From: Lama glama
Taxonomy: Eukaryota
Direction: 5' to 3'
DNA: 64,000 nucleotides
Assembly: GCA_028534125.1 (NCBI GenBank)
Contig: CM052816.1
Location: 91,576,001-91,640,000 of the forward strand
The translations under genes and the position numbers were made by a program. Positions 12,677 through 25,410 of the stretch are shown here, piece after piece; the first letter of the stretch is position 1, and each line of letters opens with the position of its first letter. The notes below the pieces were generated by a model, which had not been told where the DNA came from, did not search any database, and was given only the letters and a program-made list of their open reading frames with translations.

Positions 12677-13689
12677 CACACTTTTCTTCATTATAAAAAA
12701 ATAACCCATATAAATACAGTCAAATAGTTATGAAAAAGAGATTTTGTTTTCTTAAGGAAAAATTTAGGAACATGTTGACCAAGATTAATGTGCAAGATAT
12801 CAAATGTGTGGTTATTAACATAACTCTTTCTTTTTTTGTATCTTACACTCCTGGAACTCATTTTGAGCTTTGACCAAAGCTCTTCTTTATCCTGGAATAG
12901 TTTTTCTTCTTATGATTTAAATTGTGTAAAGACCGAAATAAAATTAGAAGCAACCCATCACAACCATAATCTATCTAATACTTAATCATTGCAAAGAGCC
13001 TCTGTTTTTGCCACAAAATCCACAAAGGGTTTATAATTTATCCCTCTTTAGAGTTTGCCATTGCTGTGTAATCAAAGTAGGGAACAAAGAGCATTGTGTA
13101 GTCATATCAGGGTTATAAGTTTTGTATGTTTTCACTGTGAATAAGTACACAAAATGTCAGAAAGGGACTGTTGTAATTCACATTTGACTATCAGATAACC
13201 TAGTATGAACAAATCTGGCTCTAAGCTTAGAAGTATGTCAAAAGACAAGAATACATCTTAAATTAGAGCAGCCAAGAAAAATAATGCTTAAAGTAGTCTT
13301 TTGACTTTTTACTGAAGAAACTTAAAATTATAAGCACAATTGAAAGCTGTATCTATGAAGATTCAGAGGTACTAACATACCTTGAAATGTAGCAGCTACC
13401 ATAGGGTATGATAAGGGTGCTGTATTTTGCAATGTCAACCTTAACCTTAGGTCCCTAAAATAACTATTATTTCTCCAATTCTTCCCTTCTCTTTCTAGGG
13501 GCTGTAGAAGTGTAGTTTCTGAAAGCTACATAAAGAGAAAGCTGTTGTCCAAGGTTCCGATCCCTAGACTGTGAAAGGAGAGCAGATATGAGTATACATT
13601 CTCTTGCCCCATGTGCTGGTCTTCTTGGAATGAATTAGTGGCACTCTGACCTCCAATATGTTTTTAAAAATTTGAGTTGCATGAGAAGT

Positions 13690-13714
13690 AGAGAGAGAGA
13701 GAGAGAGAGAGAGA
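13690..13714. repeat. (GA)12 microsatellite
   Basis: Read directly from the sequence. Confidence 0.95.
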
Positions 13715-13811
13715 AAAACAAACAAACACTAAGGTAGTTGCTATACTGCAGAGTTTTATAATCTCCTTTAAAAGAGATTCCACAAAAATATCTATTAATG
13801 TTTCTTTAAAA

Positions 13812-14040
13812 ATTTTTTTTAAATTGAAGTATAGTTGGTTTACAATGTTGTGTTAATTTCTGGTGTACAGCATAGTGATTCAATTATATATATATATATA
13901 TATAATTTTTCATATTCTTTTTCATTAAAGGCTATTACAAGGTATTAAATACAGTTCCCTGGGCAATACAGTAGGACCTTGCTGTTTATCTATTTTATGT
14001 ATAGGAATTAGTATCTGCAAATCCAGAACTCCCACTTTAT
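13812..14040 (-). mobile_element. LINE-1 3' end
   Basis: tttaaattgaagtatagttggtttacaatgttgtgttaatttctggtgtacagcatagtgattca with an internal (TA)n tract. Confidence 0.92.
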
Positions 14041-16825
14041 TTTTCAAAATTAAGAATTAAAATTATGTTTAAAAAAAAGTCAAATGTCTAAATAAATTCT
14101 GGATTTTTCTACCCCCTGCCTATTTTTACATGAAGGAAGGAGAAATCGTTGCTACTCAGAGAGAGTCTGTTTTCATGTGCACAGAGACCAGAGACCATAA
14201 AAAGATAAAACCATGGCAAATAAGAACGTGGTGATCTTCCTGGAGGGAAGCGCCCCGGAATGCCAAAGGGAGAGGAGAGCCTTAACCAGATTTTGTGGTG
14301 TTTACATCTAAACCACCTCTTCCCAACTCCTGCATTCAACAGTCTGCACCCAGTGGGCACAATACTGGGAAGGCTATGGTGGGAGATGGGAACTGACCTC
14401 CAGGTAGGCACCATTTGCCAGAATCCTTTACCTAAAGAAGTGAGAATCAGACCTTTTAAGAAAATTTTCCTTTCTTGGATGGCTCCCATTTTCCCCCCTC
14501 TTTTATTCCTGAAATGTTGTACCTTGAGTTGAACATTAACTTTGAAATGGCCTTTACTCCTCCATGTACTCATTTGGCTTGCTGGGCCTTCAACCTGCTG
14601 CAATTCCTGCAAGGAACCCAGAGGTCGTCAGAGTGGCGACCACTGTCTTTCTCACCCAGCACTTTTGCTGACATGCTCTTGACGTAGACATTCAATGGGC
14701 AAGTCACTATTCATTCCTTCAGGGCTTGTTCTGCTCCGATCACCTAGACCCACCATTTGAAACCTTCATCATCAACATCACCGCACCTCCGATGAGAGGC
14801 TACGCCGTGCTCACCTAGAAACCACAGGGGCAAGAACTGAATCAGCCCTGCAGGACAGACAGTGGCAACGTGGCGTTGGATGTCTGAGGACAGCTCCATG
14901 ACTTCTCCCAATCTAGGGGACTTGGTGAAAGGCCTGTATTGTGCCACTGCCTCTTGGGTTGTACAAGCCAACCGGAAACCTCTGTGGTGCCCTAAAAAGA
15001 AAGCTAGCAGGTTCTCTCCTAAAGGGTAAGCTCGCTGCTCAATCAGGGGCGAACTGTGAATACCAGTATCACTACTTAAGCCATACTTTAGGATTAGAAG
15101 AACAGATGGAAGTATATTTCACGTGGGAAACTGAGTTGGACCAGTTTCCTCAAGTCATCTGGACACTTTTTTCTTTTAATCAAAGCATCGAATTCTTCCT
15201 TGTATATTGTTCAGTCGTCTTCCTTCAATCAACATAATGGCTGCAAAGAGCAAAAACATGCTGACTCAAAACATTAGACCATTTAGATAATCATAACTAC
15301 GTAAACATGGAGACAACATCGGGCACTTTGTGCTGCGAGGACGTTGAACGCTCTGGGACTCCGCGAGCTGGGGCATCTGTGCCTTCTAAGGAAAACAAAC
15401 CGGTAACACCACAACTTTAAACATCCTGTTCCATCTTAAATATTAAACATATGCTGTAAGGGGAAAAAGGCACAGCCATGTGAAAGCAAGACAAGCAGTA
15501 TAAAACTGTCACTGTGTACTCTGTAGTCACTGAGCGAAGACTCAGAGTGACAAGATGAGAGGCAGCTGCATGGGACACTCCCTTTTTGGAAAACTGGATA
15601 AGGAAAGAGAAGCAGAGTGATTGGAATCAAAGGCTTTTGAATTCTAATTAAGCGCACTTTTCTGGTCATCTTATAATTGCATCACCTTTGACGTTCGGCA
15701 CAAAGCAAGTTAACTGTTGAAGAATGCCACTAAATCCCCTATGCACTTTCATTCTGAAGTGAATGATGTTAACCTGCAAAAATAAACCTGTACAATATAC
15801 AGCAAGATGTGGCAATCACACCCAGCTTAAAAGTCATTAAGAATGCAATGACAATCATTTGCATTCTGGGCTGAGTATTCAGTACATTGTGCTGAGTATG
15901 TTTAAAAAGTCAATCTAGAGATGGGAGACCTATCTACGCCGTGGTTGTACTTAAAAAGGGCAGTGCGCTGTGTGAAGTATAGTGATATAATCTAGCTCTG
16001 GCTTTTTCAGATTCTTGCTTGCTCTAATGTTCTGTGGTTCACTCAAGAAAAATCTTATGGGGAAATCATAAGAAATGACTCATTAATTAAAAAAATACAA
16101 TAAGAGAAGAAATATCTGGGGCTTTGGGCATTCATCATTCAGTGAACTGAGGCGGTGAAAGTATATGGCCTTTAGAAACCGGGGTAGCCAATGAAGAATC
16201 TGTTTCTGGATTGGCAGCTAAGCAATCTATTTCTCATTTCGTTTTTGAAGTTAAGTAGTTTTAAGTAGGTTTCTATTTGATAGTCTTTAGAACAACTTAG
16301 GTTTCAATAAGAATCCAGAGTACTCTACCTTCCAAAGAGTCAATCTGAATTAAGCCTTTTTCACAAGTTATTCCCCTACTTTACCTTCAGATTGTGAAGT
16401 AGAATTGTTCTAAAGAAAACTGGAAGTCTACTAATTGGGCCAATGAGACACACACTGACAAATATTATCAGAAGTTATAGTAATAATGATTTTCTCCTTT
16501 TTGAACTGAATTGTTTACTTTCAGTTCATACTGCTTTAATTTCTACAATCAGAGGATTCAGTTTTATTGATTCATTTGTTATTTGATTGGCAATATGCAT
16601 GGTGCACTCCAACGTTTGCTTGAAAGAGTCTAAGTTTATACATCTGGTTTATTTTCATATGTTGCTTTAACTCCAATAGGGAATCCATAATAATAGGTTT
16701 TCTGGAAATTATCAAGTAATTCATTTAGAAGGTGACAAAAAAATCCCACCCAAGGGAAGTGATTCTCTTGCTCAGTATCCCAGCTGTTGTCCTTTCTTTA
16801 CCATGACTGACTTTGTTGGTAGCAC

Positions 16826-16998
16826 CATGAACAGACCTTAAAGACTAGAGCACTGAGAAAAGTAGAAAAACATTTTCTCCTTTCCTTGCAGTTCTTCAGT
16901 ACAGATCTTAACGTGGTGGTGCAGGAGCAGCTGTATGAGAAAGGATTCTGCTTACAAGTTAGGGACGGGAAGAGGATGACTTCCCTCTTCTCCCTCCA
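16826..16998 (+). repeat. Local diverged duplication, copy 1
   Basis: Aligns to 17896-18068; gapless core 16907-16984 vs 17976-18053 is 59/78 identical by hand count. Confidence 0.85.
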
Positions 16999-17895
16999 AT
17001 AATAGTTTTGTCTTAGAGATGCCGTCCTGTGACTTCAGGTTAACATGAGGATATCTCTGGAACAGGTGAATGCAAAACACATTTATTTCTTAGTGTGAAT
17101 GAACTGATTATATTCTTGTGGGCACAGATGACACGAGGTTCCCCCAAGGAGCACCCCACACAGTTAATTCTCCTAATAGCACTTAATCCTTCCATCCTCA
17201 GTGGAAAGTAGCTCTTGAATTCACATATCATACTTTCTTTCTTTTTCTATAATGTTCAGTACCAGGGGAAAATGTCTACATGAAAGACCCTGAAGATACT
17301 TAAAAGTATCTTTAAAATAGCATTAAAAATTCTTTTCTTGTAATGATGATCATTACCATCAACATTCTTAAAATAAGCCCACTAAAAGCTCCGTCGCTCA
17401 CCAATTCCATTTGCATGGAGACCCTTAAGAGTTTTTTTTTTTTTTTCTCTTTCTCTCAATCCTTTGTTGATTTTTTAAATTCAGGTTTCTCTTCCAGGCC
17501 TCTGAATAGTTCCTGATTGGGCCCGACTGCACGGCATGACCCTTTCAGGCTTGTCTAATACATTGATACGCCTGGTCCCTGTGTCTGAAGAACTGATGGA
17601 GCAAAGCCAGCATTTTTGTATTTTTTTGTTTCTTGGATTATTTTCTGAAGTCATGCAGACCAAAATTCTAAACTTATAAAAGGTTGCTTTTTCAAATCTG
17701 TTTATCTCAACTACAACTCCTTTCCTGTGTAAATGATCTTCCACATTATCATTTCAATCAGCAGAACCCTTGAAACAGAACAGTATTTCAGAACATTAAA
17801 AGTTAAAAATACTGTAATGATTGACAGTATGTTTATGTGTATGTTATATATATGTGTGTGTGTGTCTGTCTGTCCGTCTATCTATGTCTTATCCA

Positions 17896-18068
17896 CATGA
17901 ACACACCCAATAAACCCAAGCAGCAAGGAAAGTAGATCTGTTTCTTTCTTTGCAATTCCACAGTACAGTCCATACCTTGATATGGTGGTGGAGGGCCAGA
18001 TGTATGAGAAAGGATTATGTTTAGAGTTTGGGAATGTGGTGACGATGACTTCCTTTTCTGTCTCTGCA
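17896..18068 (+). repeat. Local diverged duplication, copy 2
   Basis: Shares tgtatgagaaaggatt, gatgacttcc, cagtacag and aaagtaga with copy 1; flanked by TG/TA low-complexity tracts. Confidence 0.85.
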
Positions 18069-19259
18069 TGTATATATATACATAAACATATACATAAGAA
18101 ATACACGTATATGCATATATTCTTAGTTTTGAAAGCTCTATGAATTATTCAGCCCTCTTCAAAAAGGTAGGCCAAAAAAATCCCTGTAAGAAACAAGAAC
18201 AGCTGTCCTCTTCAAAAAACAGAAGGCAAAAATAAAATCAAATAAAATCCCTATAAGAAACAGGAGTAGCTGGCCAGAAAATATACATCTGGCAGAAGAT
18301 GAACAGGTGCAATGAAGTGACTTCCCAGCTAGCTGAAAGGGGATACAAACGGAGGAAATGGCCATAGAAATGCATGTGATATTGAACAGATTCACAACAC
18401 AGCTCTGAGCTCAGCTCGTCTGCAGGGTTAATAGATTGGCTGAACCAAGAAGTATATATTGAGTTTTATCCACGTGTCTGTGGAAACAATTTCAGGTGGA
18501 GAGCTTTATCCACTGACACATTTTTAGCTTAAGGCTAAAAATCTAAATGTTACCATAAAGACATTTTTCACATATCTGTGCCCAAGGGCAATTCCGTTAG
18601 AATCAGCGCACAAATTTCACTTCTCTCTCATGCTGCCTGATACATAGAATCTCTCTCTGTTTCTTTTTCTTTTCTCTCTCGTGCACACGAACATTATGTG
18701 TCTATCCGTCCAGCTGCTAGCTGGCACTCCTCTACTACCAAAACTCACGGCTGGGTTTATAGATTCCTATTGCTTATGCTTTCTCCTCTGTGTTTTCACT
18801 GAAATCAGCAGAATTTCCAATGTGGTCGGGGAGAAAGAGGCTGAGTTATTTCGGCTCCACCAGAAATGAGTAGCTGATGGGTAGTTGCCGTGTGAATAAA
18901 TGTTCTAGTCTGTGAGATTCTGGCTGGTGCTGGATTCCCTCTGTGAGTGTCTATGCTCTGCATATGGGTAGAATCCTGGTTTCTACTTTGGATGTGATAG
19001 CTATATGAAATAGGGCTAAAGACAAATCTTTGTATTCATAAATTTGGAAAGCATGATATATATCAAGTGGGGAGTCCATGGGGGTAGAAGACTCTGGCTA
19101 GATACATTCTTCTTTTTTTCTGCACATCCACACTAAGTGTATTACCCTTGCGTGCTGGCTTTGCAATGTGTTTCATTATTATTTGCATGAGTCACAAGTG
19201 ACTTTATGAGAGATATTTAATGGTGTGATGTTCTCAAAATGAGTGTCACACTTTTTATT

Positions 19260-19797
19260 CTCTTTCCAACTCTAATCCATTCTGGCTGGATCAATTACAG
19301 TGCCTTCCCCATTGCCTGCTGAATTCAGAGCAGACTCTGGTCTATCCATCTAAGGAGAGCTGGCTTTGTTGGGGCTTCAACACAATTTTTCAAACTTGCC
19401 TGCTAATACGCCCCTCGGTGTGGCCGCATCTCCAGAAAACTGGACTGTTCATGGTTTCATGGAGCATGATCTAAACTCTCTCCTACCCCAGTTGCCTCCT
19501 CTTCCCTTGTGCATTTATATTGCTGTTGCTTGAAAATCTTCTTTAGGCTTGACTCAAGTACTGTCTTCTTCATGAGCTACTCCCTGGGTCCATCAACATG
19601 CGGGGTATGCCTCATTTAAACCATCACAGCGCTTTGTATCTTAATTAAGGCTTTCATTTATCTTCCTGCTTAGGTGGCTGAAAGCTCCACGGTGATATGT
19701 ACCCTGATTGTCCTTTTCACAACTGTTTTCCTAACATCTACAAAAGTGCTTCACACTGTAGAGGTGCTCATTAAATATTCACTGAATAGATAAATGA
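19260..19797 (+). mobile_element. LINE-2 3' region, highly diverged
   Basis: Ends acactgtagaggtgctcattaaatattcactgaatagataaatga, an L2-type tail. Confidence 0.6.
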
Positions 19798-22617
19798 GAT
19801 GTGTAAAAGCTTTCGATTCAGCTCCTTGGAGTCTTTCTTTTTGTCTCTTGTAGCAGCAAGCTGGGTGATTGCATAGAAGATTCCAATATATTTGTTGAAT
19901 TCAGAAGACCTTCCCCAAAAGGTGTAAAATTAAGGAAAGTTGCATTTGCCCACTATAGTTTATAAACCACTTTTAGGTATATTATATTTCTTCAGACTTA
20001 ATGCTGTAAGGTGGGCAAGTTAGGGGTTTTTTTGTTTGTTTGTTTCCCAATTTTCAGATTGAGTTACTGAGGTATGCAGAGAAGTAGTAAATAATAGCCT
20101 TGGAATAGAACTGATCTTCTGCTTGTGTCAACCACAACAGATGCCCAGTAAGCTGTCCTGGTCACCTGCATTTCAAAGGGTCTGAAGAGGCAGGAACTGT
20201 CAGGAGCTCTTCTCCTGTGGGCACATGGTCTGGCGAGCTGGGAGCACGCGCCACTCTGGATTCTCAAAACCAGGCTGCTCAAAGGTTACTTGTTCACACT
20301 GGGTGAAATTTTCCCATCCCACTGCTGGATCTACAAGATGGGTAACTTTAGAGGCTATTTTGCCCACTTCGGGCTCTCAGAGTGCACTAGTGGTTTATCC
20401 ACCATATTTGGAGTAGGTTTCTAAAGTGAGGAATGGGTGACAAGGTGGCAAATTTAGTATCATACCCCCACCCTGCAAACTCTTCCCTTTCCGACCTAAA
20501 CATTTAAGATCAAAGTAGACTCCACTCAGCTGACCCTGAGCTCAGAGCCGTAAGTCCCAACTTTAAAATTAGCTTTGGGCTTAAAAATAAGAAAAAAATG
20601 CTGTAAGCATCAGAATTGGATGAGCATTCCTACAGACAACAGAATACAAAGGATCAGAGATGTCTAAGGTGTAAGGTTTGCAAATGAAACTCCCACTAAA
20701 ATGCAATGCATCCAGCTTATTATAGTACCTTCCTTCCTTCCTTGCTACAGTTTAATTTCACATTTTTCTTTTTTTCTGGAAAAATTTCAAGGATTTTTCA
20801 ATGATTTTTTGGGGTTTTCTTTAAGAATTTCAATTATGCCTCATGTCATATATTTTATGCTAAACATAATACTTAGGTTCCTTGCCTTCAAATTATCTAC
20901 GTCTTTCTTCTTTATTTGTAAATAGTTTATAGAATTTCAATTATGCAAACTATGCATGCTCAGTGCTAAACATTCACCAGATATAGGATACAATAAAGGG
21001 TAAAGATGATTATAATCTTCTCAGTTTCAGGCCATCAGTTTAACATTTTGACGGTAGCTTAGATAGGTAGGATGGTAGGGTATTGACAAGCAGAACAGAG
21101 GGAAAAAACATTTTAGAATGCTGATAATTTTAAACTACTTCTGAAACAGACACACGCTGTCATCTCCAGAGTACAGCAATTTATTTTGCAGAAACGAATG
21201 GTTCAGTACATGAAACATCATACAGTGCCATTAAACGTTCTAAAATGTTTATTTTCTCCTCTTCTGTGAGGCAACTTACTATCACCTATGGAAAAACGAA
21301 CACCCACCTGTTCAATTCTAATAACAAATTTTAAAAAATTGATTTAAGTTTCTCATTAAGCCAATGGTAAAGCTAGAGCTGAATTGAGCTACAGTGCTGG
21401 AGCAGAACCTACATGTAGCCTTCTGTGAGTCTCCCTCTCTGTGAGGGTTAATGACAGTCAAAACTCTACCTCCTAAACACTGTATCAGGGTATAACACAC
21501 TCAATATGTGCTTGCTGGGAACGTGGCAGAATCTTCTCCCTGGAAGAAATCTTTGAGGTAACCCCCAGAGGCTTTAGATAAAATCTCATCTAAACCCAAA
21601 GGAGAAAACACTATAGAAAATACAATTTCCTGTGTCAGGGCCCCACTATATGTCCCCACTGTCAATCAGTAGCCTTACCGTAGTTCTTGTACCATTCATG
21701 ACGCCTTTCACCAGCATTTACTGTTTGTCCTCCCATCAGCAGGTGGTTAGGTCTAAGTCTTATATTCCAACCTGCCCGGGGATATAAATGTTGTCATGGC
21801 TTGTTTTTGTTACTAGAATATTCTCTATGAGCTGTGTATTACAAAAACTGACTAAGTAGTCCAGATGTCCATTTGACACCTCTGTTATGGTGACTGGGTG
21901 GCCTCTTCAGTCTCGCGCTAAACAAACACTTAGCTTTTCCAAGTGTTAACTTGCTTTCCCTTTGGCCCTACCTGATGGGCTGAACTCCTGCCCAAATGCG
22001 AGTCTGATCATGCCTTCATACCGCTGTTGATCAGGTAGATGCACCGAGCTTGAGTTTCTCTCTTCAACGCAAAGTAAAGTAGAGAGAAATAATAATTCAT
22101 CCCATAGAATTACACGCTTAAATATAATTTCTAAAATTATGTATTTGACCTAAACTATTTTGATCATGATTGGATAACTCCATTACAAACAACTGACTCC
22201 TTGTGGCCTAATGTTACATTAGAAATATGAAAATGAATGCCCAATATCATTATGTTTTCAATTAGATGAAGGGAGTGTCAGGATTAAAACAAAAATAAGG
22301 CCAAGTTTTATGCAGTAGGTTAACTCAAATTCAGCAGGCTGCTCACTGTTGTTGTCTCTTCTACACATACTGATTATTCAAAGTAGTTGTTTGGATGGTG
22401 AGTTCGCTGGCTTCACCAGTGCTTATTTTGTCGGCGTAAACTCAGTACTGATTTACCACATTCAGGTATGACGCTCATTTCTGATTATTAAAAATGACAC
22501 ACATTAACTTTGACCCTTTTTCATCATCTCATAGCATCATTTGAAGAGATGTTGGAAGAGACTTTGTCAAGTGTTATATGATAAATAGTATCTGTCCATA
22601 TTCCTCACTACTGGGGA

Positions 22618-22861
22618 CACAGTGGTTAGAGGGAGAGCACTGATTTGGCGTCAGATAAACTGATTTTCACCCTGCCCTTCCCCAGCCGAGGGACCCTGCA
22701 CAAAGTACATTTGATTCTCTAAGCTTCCATTTCCTAATCCATAAAATGAAGAAAATAGTTACACCTCATAGCATTACTATGAAAATAAAATGGAGAACAA
22801 GCAAGCCTGGTTAAATACTTAGTGAGCAGTCTGGCACATAACAGGTGCTCAATAAAAATGT
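22618..22861 (+). mobile_element. MIR SINE
   Basis: agtggttagag...tctctaagcttccatttcctaatccataaaatg...ctggcacataacaggtgctcaataaa. Confidence 0.75.
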
Positions 22862-22969
22862 CCTCCCTCCTTTCCTTGAGCCTAGGAACTTTGTGAACGC
22901 ATGCCTTGCACACAGTAGCTACGTAATAAATGTGGAAAGCGGGTGCAGGAAAGGCAGGGGGAGCTGGTC

Positions 22970-23270
22970 TCCCACAACCCTCTATCCCCTCCCTGCCGGG
23001 GGCTCTGGGCGGTGGCTGAGTTCCTTTCCCGTAGCCCTCTTGGCTGACAAGCAGCCCCTCTCCATGGACTATAGCCCTTGCCAGGTTCCAACATCATCAC
23101 TGCCTTCCTCTGCCCCTCAGGATTGTGGGTGATAATGGCTTCCCTCTGTAGCTGGTCCCTGAGATGCTCACCATGCCTTCCCTGTAATCTTACCTGTATC
23201 TGTGCAAATAGCAGCTTTATTCAACCTTCTCCATTACTCTTTGTACCATCCGTTTCTGCTCACAGGCTAT
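22970..23270 (+). mobile_element. LTR33-like ERVL LTR fragment
   Basis: gcagcccctctcc...ccaggttcc...tgcccctcagg..tgggtgataatggcttccctctgtagctggtccctg...aaatagcagctttattcaacc. Confidence 0.7.
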
Positions 23271-23302
23271 CTCCCTAGTGAAGCCTTCCAAAATAACCTC
23301 TT

Positions 23303-23666
23303 AATTTCTTTATTTTTAATTGATTTTTTGTTGAAGTATAGTCAGTTACAATGTGTCAATTGCTGGCGTACAGCATAATGTCCCAGTCATAAATGTATAT
23401 ACACTATTTACAATAGCCAAGACATGGAAACAATCTAAATGTTCATCGACAGATGACTGGATAAAGAAGTTGTGGTATATTTATACAATAGAATACTACT
23501 CAGCCATAAAAAAGAATAAAATAATGCCATTTGCAGCAACATGGATGGACCTGGAGATCATCATTCTAAGTGAAGTGAGCCAGAAAGAGAAAAATACCAT
23601 ATGATATTACTTCTATATGGAATCTTAAAAAAAGAAAAAAGAGGACACTAATGAACTCATCCACAA
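23303..23666 (-). mobile_element. 5'-inverted LINE-1 insertion (twin-priming structure)
   Basis: Minus-strand L1 terminus (23303-23402) joined to plus-strand ORF2 tail (TLFTIAKTWKQ...WMDLEIIILSEVSQ) at 23402-23666; degenerate TSD 23288-23302 vs 23661-23675. Confidence 0.85.
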
Positions 23667-23675
23667 TGAACTCTT

Positions 23676-23890
23676 TAAAACAAAAATCCTCTCACTTCCT
23701 TATCACACTTTACCTCCGTGGCACTTCCCACCTCCTGATATATATTAGATTTTTAAAATTGTATACCTCCCTCTGTTAGATTGTAAGCTCAAAGAACTGT
23801 GTCTTTCTCTTGTTTCTGCATATGTCTCCAGCTCCTACAATAGAGTCTAGTTTGCACAAAGTATGTGGTTAATAAATATTTGTTGAGTTT
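23676..23890 (+). mobile_element. LINE-2 3' end (host of the inverted L1)
   Basis: tagattgtaagctc...tctccagctcctacaatag...aataaatatttgttga. Confidence 0.7.
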
Positions 23891-24560
23891 ATGGATTCTA
23901 AAATATAGGAAATTATATTTGGGATTTCTTTTTCTTCCCAAGACTTTAAATGGTAAAGGCCGTGACTTAATATCAACAGAAACTACTCTGATTTGTACAG
24001 AGAACTTAAGCGGGGGGTGGAATATAAAACCATTGGAAATCTACTGTTCCTAGGTTAGGCTGATAGTAAAAGTAATGGGTACATCCTTGACCTGAGCAAA
24101 AATTTGGGAGACACTTAAAGATTCTACTTTCCTGACATATCTGACATACGGTAGAATTAGGAAGGGATGGATTTGGCAGTGTTGGTGTTATCTTTCAAAG
24201 CGATTTCAAAATTAGTTGAGGAATCCAAACGGCAATAAATTATAACAACAACAATACAAGAAGAAAGCATAAATTATGTAGAGAAAATACTATGAATAAT
24301 ATGGCTATTCTCTCTGCACAGATGATAGATTTTAGCATTTTTTAGATCCTTCTATTTGTGTAGGTTATCCTGTTGAGTAACCATTATTCAAGTCATTTTA
24401 TATGATCTAAAATATAATCATCAAATTTATTACCAGAAATTAATTAATAAATCCTCGATTTCCTTCTGGATTTGTCTGTAGTATGTAGAGTTCACATATT
24501 GAAAGGTAAGGCTAGTAACCAAACTTCTTGTTGGAGTCTCACATTGATTTCTATTTTCAG

Positions 24561-24627
24561 ACCATCTTTCGAAGCTATCAAGGTTGAGTCCCATCAATGT
24601 TGTGCTCTTACTTGAAAAGAGAGCATG
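24561..24627 (+). other. Candidate exon A (67 nt)
   Basis: Acceptor gatttctattttcag, donor ATG|GTAAGT; one frame is stop-free; no transcript evidence. Confidence 0.3.
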
Positions 24628-24725
24628 GTAAGTGCTGTTCCCAGGAACTTTTGTCCCTTATAAAGTCAGCACTATGAGAAATCTACCTTAGGTTATGAAT
24701 GGTCCATTGCCTCCCATTTCACGTC

Positions 24726-25049
24726 TTTTTTTTAAATTGAAGAATAGTTGATTTATAATGTTGTGTTAGTTTCAGATGTACAGCAAAGTGATTCAGTTAT
24801 ACACATATATATTCATTTTTATATTCTTTTTCATTATTATGAGATATTGAATATAATTCCGTGTGTTACACAGTAGGACCCTGTTGTTTATCTATTTTGT
24901 GTACAGTAGTTCATATCTGCTAATCCCAAACTCCTAATTTATCCCTCCCCTACCCTTTCCCCTCTTGTAATCATAAATTTGTTTTCTGTATCTGTGAGTC
25001 TGTTTCTGTTCTGTAAGTAAGTTCATTTGTGTCTTTTTTTTAGATTCCA
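24726..25049 (-). mobile_element. LINE-1 3'UTR fragment
   Basis: tttaaattgaagaatagttgatttataatgttgtgttagtttcag...gttcatttgtgtctttttttagattcca. Confidence 0.92.
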
Positions 25050-25249
25050 ATTGGCCTGACTGATTATGATTGATTATGGTACTTGGCTGAATTTTTGTTT
25101 GTTTGTTGTTTGACTTCATAAGTCTTCCCTTTGGTTTTTATTTGAGAGTGGCTGCCGAATAATCACATTTGTGGAAGGAAAGAAATAGATGCTGGAGATT
25201 GAGACGCTCCAAGCTGTGGACATGCAGATGCTCAAAACGCTCAATTTAG

Positions 25250-25410
25250 TGCTCCGATCCTCAGAGCTGGCTGCACGTTGAAATTACCACACTGATGCCT
25301 GGATCCGACCTCCTGTGATTATGATCTAATTGGTATGAGGTACATCATGAGCACCGGAGAGTTTCAAAGCTCCTGTGTGTTCGAATATGGGAATGAGCTG
25401 GAGACCGCTG
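25250..25410. mobile_element. MER5A-like hAT-Charlie element
   Basis: ggctgcacgttgaaattacc...gatctaattggtatgagg...tttcaaagctcc...gagaccgctg. Confidence 0.65.

Noticed and set aside
14815..14991. Minus-strand exon candidate (tttttag acceptor, tag|gtgagc donor); similar ones near 5327-5391 and 37550-37621
   Set aside because: No recognisable peptide and no consistent chain, and the 5.3 kb one has stops in all frames. They show that pseudo-exons occur on both strands here.
16850..16864. Resemblance of gcactgagaaaagta to my recollection of the human 8q24 rs6983267 enhancer flank
   Set aside because: The upstream TCF site and flanking sequence do not match, and the stretch belongs to the local duplication. 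I treat it as coincidence and claim no locus identity.
16891..18053. Duplicated segments as mutually exclusive coding exons
   Set aside because: The homologous acceptors give different phases (5-nt indel), there are no good donors, and substitutions are not enriched at synonymous positions.
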